DNA from: an uncultured Bacteroidales bacterium
GTDB lineage: Bacteria > Bacteroidota > Bacteroidia > Bacteroidales > CAYTAU01
Direction of reading: 5' to 3'
NCBI GenBank assembly: GCA_964442075.1
Contig: CAYTWH010000008.1
Location: 1,828-65,827 of the forward strand
DNA: 64,000 nt
Positions 59,412-64,000 of the stretch are shown in pieces (the first letter of the stretch is position 1; the number at the start of each line of letters is the position of its first letter). Made by a program: the position numbers and the translations under genes. Under the pieces are notes generated by a model. That model did not search any database. It had not been told where the DNA came from and saw nothing but the letters and a program-made list of their open reading frames with translations.

Positions 59412-59915
59412 ATGTACGCAATAGTAGAAATAGCAGGACAACAGTTTAAAGTTGAGAAATCACAAAAAATATTTGTTCATCGTTTAAACAATGATGAAGG
59501 TTCAAAACTTAATTTTGACAAAGTTTTGCTAATTGATAATGATAAAGATGTAATTGTTGGCGATCCAATTATAAAAAACGCTAGTATAAAAGCAAAAGTG
59601 ATAACTCACCTTAAAGGAGATAAAGTAAAAGTTTTTAAAAAGAAAAGACGAAAAGGGTATAAAGTATTAAATGGTCACAGACAATTTTTTACTGAAATAT
59701 TAATTGAAGATATTCTTGAAAAAGGCAGTACAAAAAAAGAAACTCCTGCAAAGGAAGAAAAACCCGAAAAAGTTGTAAGCAAAGCTAAAGTAAAAGAAAC
59801 TCCAAAAGCAAAAGCAGAAGTAAAAGCAAAGGCAAAACCAGCAGTAAAAAAAGTTGCAAAAAGCTCTGACGCAAAACCTAAAGCAAAAAAAGCAAAACCT
59901 GAAGCAAAAAAATAA
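59412..59915 (+). CDS. rplU: 50S ribosomal protein L21 with a Lys/Ala-rich C-terminal extension
   Basis: It has the N-terminus MYAIVEIAGQQFKVEK and ...KKRRKGYKVLNGHRQ. The last 65 aa or so are a K/A/P/E-rich tail. Confidence 0.9.
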   Translation: MYAIVEIAGQQFKVEKSQKIFVHRLNNDEGSKLNFDKVLLIDNDKDVIVGDPIIKNASIKAKVITHLKGDKVKVFKKKRRKGYKVLNGHRQFFTEILIEDILEKGSTKKETPAKEEKPEKVVSKAKVKETPKAKAEVKAKAKPAVKKVAKSSDAKPKAKKAKPEAKK

Positions 59916-59938
59916 TATAATTTTAAAAACATAGAGAA

Positions 59939-60202
59939 ATGGCACATAAGAAAGGAGCCGGTAGTTCAAGAAACGGTAGAGAATCGGAAAGTAAAAGACT
60001 TGGCGTTAAAATATTCGGCGGGCAATATGCAAAAGCAGGTAATATACTTGTTAGACAAAGAGGAACAAAACATCACCCAGGAGATAATGTTGGTTTAGGT
60101 AAAGATCATACCTTATTTGCACTTTGCAATGGGACAGTTGTTTTTAGAAAAAGACAAAATAATCGTTCATATGTTTCTATTGACCCTGTTAAGGCTGAAT
60201 AA
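59939..60202 (+). CDS. rpmA: 50S ribosomal protein L27
   Basis: It reads [24 protein letters not shown]... and lies immediately downstream of rplU. Confidence 0.95.
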   Translation: MAHKKGAGSSRNGRESESKRLGVKIFGGQYAKAGNILVRQRGTKHHPGDNVGLGKDHTLFALCNGTVVFRKRQNNRSYVSIDPVKAE

Positions 60203-60227
60203 TAATAATAGTTTAAAAATATATTAT

Positions 60228-60278
60228 AAATCTCCTGCATTGATCTAAATAGATTAATTTAGGAGATTTTTATTTTAT
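60228..60278 (+). terminator. Terminator-like hairpin after rpmA
   Basis: AAATCTCCT (60228-60236) pairs with AGGAGATTT (60261-60269). There is an inner ATCTA/TAGAT pair, and TTATTTTA follows. Confidence 0.55.
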
Positions 60279-60304
60279 ACAAGTCTTAAAAAAACAATAA
60301 CATT

Positions 60305-61576
60305 ATGCTTACCATTAAATATATAATTGATAAAAAGGAAGAAATTATTGAGCGTCTGGCAATAAAAAACTTTGATGCATCAAAAATTATTAATGACATA
60401 ATAAATTTGGATAAAGAACGACGTTCTGTTTTATCCGAACTTGAAGATATTCAATCTCAAATGAATATTATTGCTAAACAAATTGGGCAGCTTTTTAAAA
60501 ATGTCAAAATAGATGAAGCAAATAAGGCTAAAACAAAAACTTCAGAACTTAAAAATAATATTAAATCATTATCAACAAAATTATCTGATATTGAAAAACA
60601 AATTACAGATTTTTTAATACAAATACCCAACATTCCACACAAATTAGTTCCAAAAGGCAAAGGTGAAAAAGATAATAAAATTATAAAACAAGATGGGGAT
60701 ATAAAAGAACTTGGGCAAAATGCACTCCCCCACTGGGAACTTGCTGAAAAATATAATATTATTGATTTTAAATTAGGAAATAAGATAACAGGTGCAGGAT
60801 TTCCTGTTTATTTGGGAAAAGGTGCTAAACTACAAAGAGCGTTGATAAATTTTTTCCTTGACGAAGCTGAAAAAACAGGATATAAAGAAATTATTCCACC
60901 TTACTTAGTTAATAAAGAATCGGGGTTTGGAACAGGACAACTACCCGATAAAGAAGGTCAAATGTATTATATACAAGAAGATGATTTTTATCTTATACCC
61001 ACAGCAGAAGTTCCTGTAACAAATATTTATAGAGATACATTATTAAATGCAGACCAATTTCCAATAAAAAACACAGCTTATACCCCTTGTTTTCGCAGAG
61101 AAGCCGGCTCATATGGAAAAGATGTAAGAGGACTAAACAGATTACATCAATTTGACAAAGTAGAAATTGTTAGAATTGAACACCCCGACAACTCATATGA
61201 TGCCCTTAATGAAATGGTTAATTATGTTGAATCTTTAATCAAAAAACTTGAATTGCCATACAGAATTACAATACTTTGCGGAGGTGATCTTAGTTTTACC
61301 TCATCATTAACTTATGATTTTGAAGTATATTCAATTGCTCAAAAAAAATGGCTTGAAGTAAGTTCTGTTTCAAATTTTGAATCATATCAATCAAATCGTT
61401 TAAAATTACGATTTAGAGAAAAAGGAGAAAAAAAGACTAAACTTGCACATACATTAAATGGAAGTGCACTTGCATTACCAAGAATAATTGCTGCATTATT
61501 AGAAAACAACCAAACTGAAGAGGGTATTATTATTCCAAAAATTCTTGTAGATTACACTCATTTTGAAAAGATATAG
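60305..61576 (+). CDS. serS: Seryl-tRNA synthetase
   Basis: It has an N-terminal coiled-coil arm and class II motifs (FRREAGSYGKDVRGLNRLHQF, GSALALPR). Confidence 0.95.
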   Translation: MLTIKYIIDKKEEIIERLAIKNFDASKIINDIINLDKERRSVLSELEDIQSQMNIIAKQIGQLFKNVKIDEANKAKTKTSELKNNIKSLSTKLSDIEKQITDFLIQIPNIPHKLVPKGKGEKDNKIIKQDGDIKELGQNALPHWELAEKYNIIDFKLGNKITGAGFPVYLGKGAKLQRALINFFLDEAEKTGYKEIIPPYLVNKESGFGTGQLPDKEGQMYYIQEDDFYLIPTAEVPVTNIYRDTLLNADQFPIKNTAYTPCFRREAGSYGKDVRGLNRLHQFDKVEIVRIEHPDNSYDALNEMVNYVESLIKKLELPYRITILCGGDLSFTSSLTYDFEVYSIAQKKWLEVSSVSNFESYQSNRLKLRFREKGEKKTKLAHTLNGSALALPRIIAALLENNQTEEGIIIPKILVDYTHFEKI

Positions 61577-61626
61577 TAGATAATAATAAGCCTATAGATT
61601 AGGGTTTTAATCCCAAGTACTCTGGA

Positions 61627-64000
61627 TTAATTACTCTTGGTAAAATCTCTTACCTGTACAAATATTTCGTCAGAATTTAATTTTGATAATCTTGCTTCAA
61701 AATTTCTTATACCTTTAGAAGTATCTAAATCATAACGAATATGCTGTACACCTAAATCTTGTAAAACATCATTTATTTTTTCCAAAAACTCTTTCTCCTT
61801 TTCTTTATCGAAGAAATCTTTTAAATTTTTGCCTATTACCTTATCCTGCTGCCCCTCAGAACGAAGCTGGTAATCAGGCTTATAGTCAAGATAGTTTCCG
61901 TTTTTATCAAGAATAAATATAGTATCAGGCATTGATTCAAGTAAACTACGATAACGTTCTTCACTTATGCGCAGATCTTTTTCAATTTGCTTTCTCTCTG
62001 AAATATCTCTTATTATTGCTTGCAAATAATTTTCCCCATCCAATTCAACAGTAGACAAACTAACTTCAGCATCAAACAATTTGCCTTCTCTATGTTTATA
62101 CTGCCAATAAAACGTATCGGATATGCCATCATAGGCCTCGTTTATTTTTTTAGTTCTTCTTTCATCACTGGTTTCACCATTAGGCTGAACTTTTGGTGAA
62201 AGTTTTATTATATTCATTTTTAATAATTCTTCTTTTGAATATCCAAATAATTCTTCAGCCTTAACATTACAATCAATAATACGTTGTTGATCAATTAACA
62301 AAATTGCATCATTTGCCTGCGAAAAAAGATTAAAATATTTTTTTTGATTTTCAACTATTTTTTCTTCAATTTTTTTCTCCGATGTTACATCTATAAAATA
62401 ACCTAAAAGTTCAATATTATTATTATCCTCATTTTTAATTACTGAAATAAAATCTTTTACATAAATAAAATTGCCATTTTTATGTTTTAATCTATATATA
62501 GAGAATTCAGTATGCAGTTCCTTTTTCATTAAAACAATATCACGTTCTTCCTTATATATATCTTTGTCTTCATCAACAATTAAGGTTAATAAAGAAGTTT
62601 TATTAGCTATCAATTCATTAGCAGAATATCCGAGTACTTCATCTATGTTATCTGAAAGATATTCAATAATAAATCCATCACTGTTTAATCTGAAAACTAC
62701 TACATTTCCTTTTATAAACATGCTTCGTTCCTGAAGCAAGGCTTTATTTAATAATTGTAATTCTTCTTCATTCTTTTTTCTTTCAGAAATATCAGTAATA
62801 GTTCCAGCCATTCTATATGGTTTTCCATCTTTATCTCTTAAGGCAAGTCCTCTTTCGTGAACCCATAAGAATTCGCCACTTTTATGACGTAATCTGTATT
62901 CATTGATATATATTTCTGTTTCGCCTTTTAAATGCTTTCCAATATTTGCTTTTGTATGCTCAATGTCATCAGGATAAATAAATAATTCACGAGCATCATC
63001 CCGACTAATAAATTCATTTTCATCATATCCTAATACAGATTTCCATCTTGGTGATAAAAACAATTCATCAGTTTTCAAATTCCAATCCCAAAGTCCGTCA
63101 TTACCTCCCTTAGCAACAAGCGAGTATCTATCTTCACTTTCTTTCAATGCCAATATTGTTTTTTCACTTTCGGTAATATCCAAAGTCCATAAAAGGACTC
63201 TTGAGATATCTCCTTTATCATTTACAATAGGTTCTAAATGAACTTCAGAATAATTAAAATCATTTTTCACTTTCTGCTTTTCCTTAAAAATCACATGATT
63301 TCCTTTTTTAGCAGACTCAAAATGTTTAATAAATTCTTCAGATGTCATATCAAGAGAAATAAAATCTACAATGTAATCTCCCTTTCTTAAGGATCTATTA
63401 AATTCTCGCTGAATGGTATCATAAGCAGATTTATTAAATGCGAGTAATTTATAGTTAACTCCAACCAAATAAAACCTTTGAATACTACTGTCAAACATCG
63501 GTTTTAATTCACTTTTCGTATCTTCTAATTCTCTTTCAATTAACTTTTTTTCAGATATATCTAAAAATGAAATGTAAAAATGTTCAACATTATCATTCTT
63601 TATATTAATTATCGGATGAATATTAATTATAAAAAACTTTTTGTATTTTTCAAATCTAACTATTCTTTCCAAATAATGTGATACACCATCAAAAATACTA
63701 TTAAACAAATCAATTAATTCTCCTTTGTTTAAAAAGAAAATTACATCAAAAACAGAAATATTATGTTGTAAGGGTTTATTAAAAATGTTTTTTGAATATT
63801 TAATTGCAGCTTTATTATAATCAATAATTTGAAACTCTTTATTAATTATAAATATTGCCTCTGAACTACCATGAAATATTGCTTTAAAATTAGCTTCTGC
63901 ATGAATACAGACTGTTTCCAGGTTTTCATCAAATGACACATTATGACAATAACAAACAATATTGAAAATTTTACCATCATCATTTCTAAGTGCAGTTATT
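61627..64000 (-). CDS. Multi-PAS/PAC domain sensor protein, N-terminus off-window
   Basis: PAC-end motifs recur (LDISEKK, LDITESEK, ITDISERK, IDVTSEKK, IRDISERK). The listed start at 63939 is a GTG, and the frame stays open to base 64000 (...ITALRNDDGKIFNIVCYCHN-). The C-terminus ends in a PAS-like fold with no kinase or output domain. Confidence 0.85.
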   Translation of the reverse strand, partial: ITALRNDDGKIFNIVCYCHNVSFDENLETVCIHAEANFKAIFHGSSEAIFIINKEFQIIDYNKAAIKYSKNIFNKPLQHNISVFDVIFFLNKGELIDLFNSIFDGVSHYLERIVRFEKYKKFFIINIHPIINIKNDNVEHFYISFLDISEKKLIERELEDTKSELKPMFDSSIQRFYLVGVNYKLLAFNKSAYDTIQREFNRSLRKGDYIVDFISLDMTSEEFIKHFESAKKGNHVIFKEKQKVKNDFNYSEVHLEPIVNDKGDISRVLLWTLDITESEKTILALKESEDRYSLVAKGGNDGLWDWNLKTDELFLSPRWKSVLGYDENEFISRDDARELFIYPDDIEHTKANIGKHLKGETEIYINEYRLRHKSGEFLWVHERGLALRDKDGKPYRMAGTITDISERKKNEEELQLLNKALLQERSMFIKGNVVVFRLNSDGFIIEYLSDNIDEVLGYSANELIANKTSLLTLIVDEDKDIYKEERDIVLMKKELHTEFSIYRLKHKNGNFIYVKDFISVIKNEDNNNIELLGYFIDVTSEKKIEEKIVENQKKYFNLFSQANDAILLIDQQRIIDCNVKAEELFGYSKEELLKMNIIKLSPKVQPNGETSDERRTKKINEAYDGISDTFYWQYKHREGKLFDAEVSLSTVELDGENYLQAIIRDISERKQIEKDLRISEERYRSLLESMPDTIFILDKNGNYLDYKPDYQLRSEGQQDKVIGKNLKDFFDKEKEKEFLEKINDVLQDLGVQHIRYDLDTSKGIRNFEARLSKLNSDEIFVQVRDFTKSN

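Noticed and set aside
59675-59969. Two antisense ORFs of about 90 aa cross the rplU tail and the rplU-rpmA junction.
   Set aside because: They arise from the AAA/GCA-rich Lys/Ala tail coding. Their products are F/C/A-rich nonsense, and they overlap two highly conserved ribosomal genes.

Overview
This is a visibly AT-rich chromosomal segment (GC not computed) that looks like Bacteroidota. The evidence is ten predicted type IX secretion system (T9SS) substrates (eight type-A and two type-B C-terminal sorting domains), a PorP/SprF gene, TAnnTTTG-type promoter motifs and lipoprotein signals. Housekeeping genes include ispG, holA, rimP-nusA-infB, uvrB, tRNA-Pro(GGG), prs, engB, rplU-rpmA and serS. 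A clear cobalamin riboswitch (minus strand, about 7695-7855) heads a four-gene operon: a DUF4465-like protein, an unknown T9SS cargo, a TonB-dependent receptor and a YncE/DUF5074-like beta-propeller lipoprotein. I saw no transposase, integrase, cas gene, CRISPR array or recognisable defence gene. The most unusual signal is a 1-kb ORF-free gap (14838-15853). It holds about 15 tandem 43-bp units, each carrying a dyad-symmetric core (best copy TTAACGAGT-T-ACTCGTTAA), plus a perfect 171-bp four-unit internal duplication. This architecture recalls phased protein-binding arrays such as F-plasmid sopC (12 x 43 bp), but no cognate binder is visible here. Other signals are small perfect palindromes sitting in frame at the same position of three T9SS sorting domains, a mutually exclusive hairpin pair upstream of an Omp85-family gene, and a terminator-like leader hairpin ahead of rimP-nusA-infB. 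There is also a cassette of a glycine-rich fibre-like protein, a type-B T9SS adhesin and PorP/SprF. All protein calls rest on motifs read from the supplied translations. No database search was run, and hand-derived coordinates may be off by 1-2 nt.
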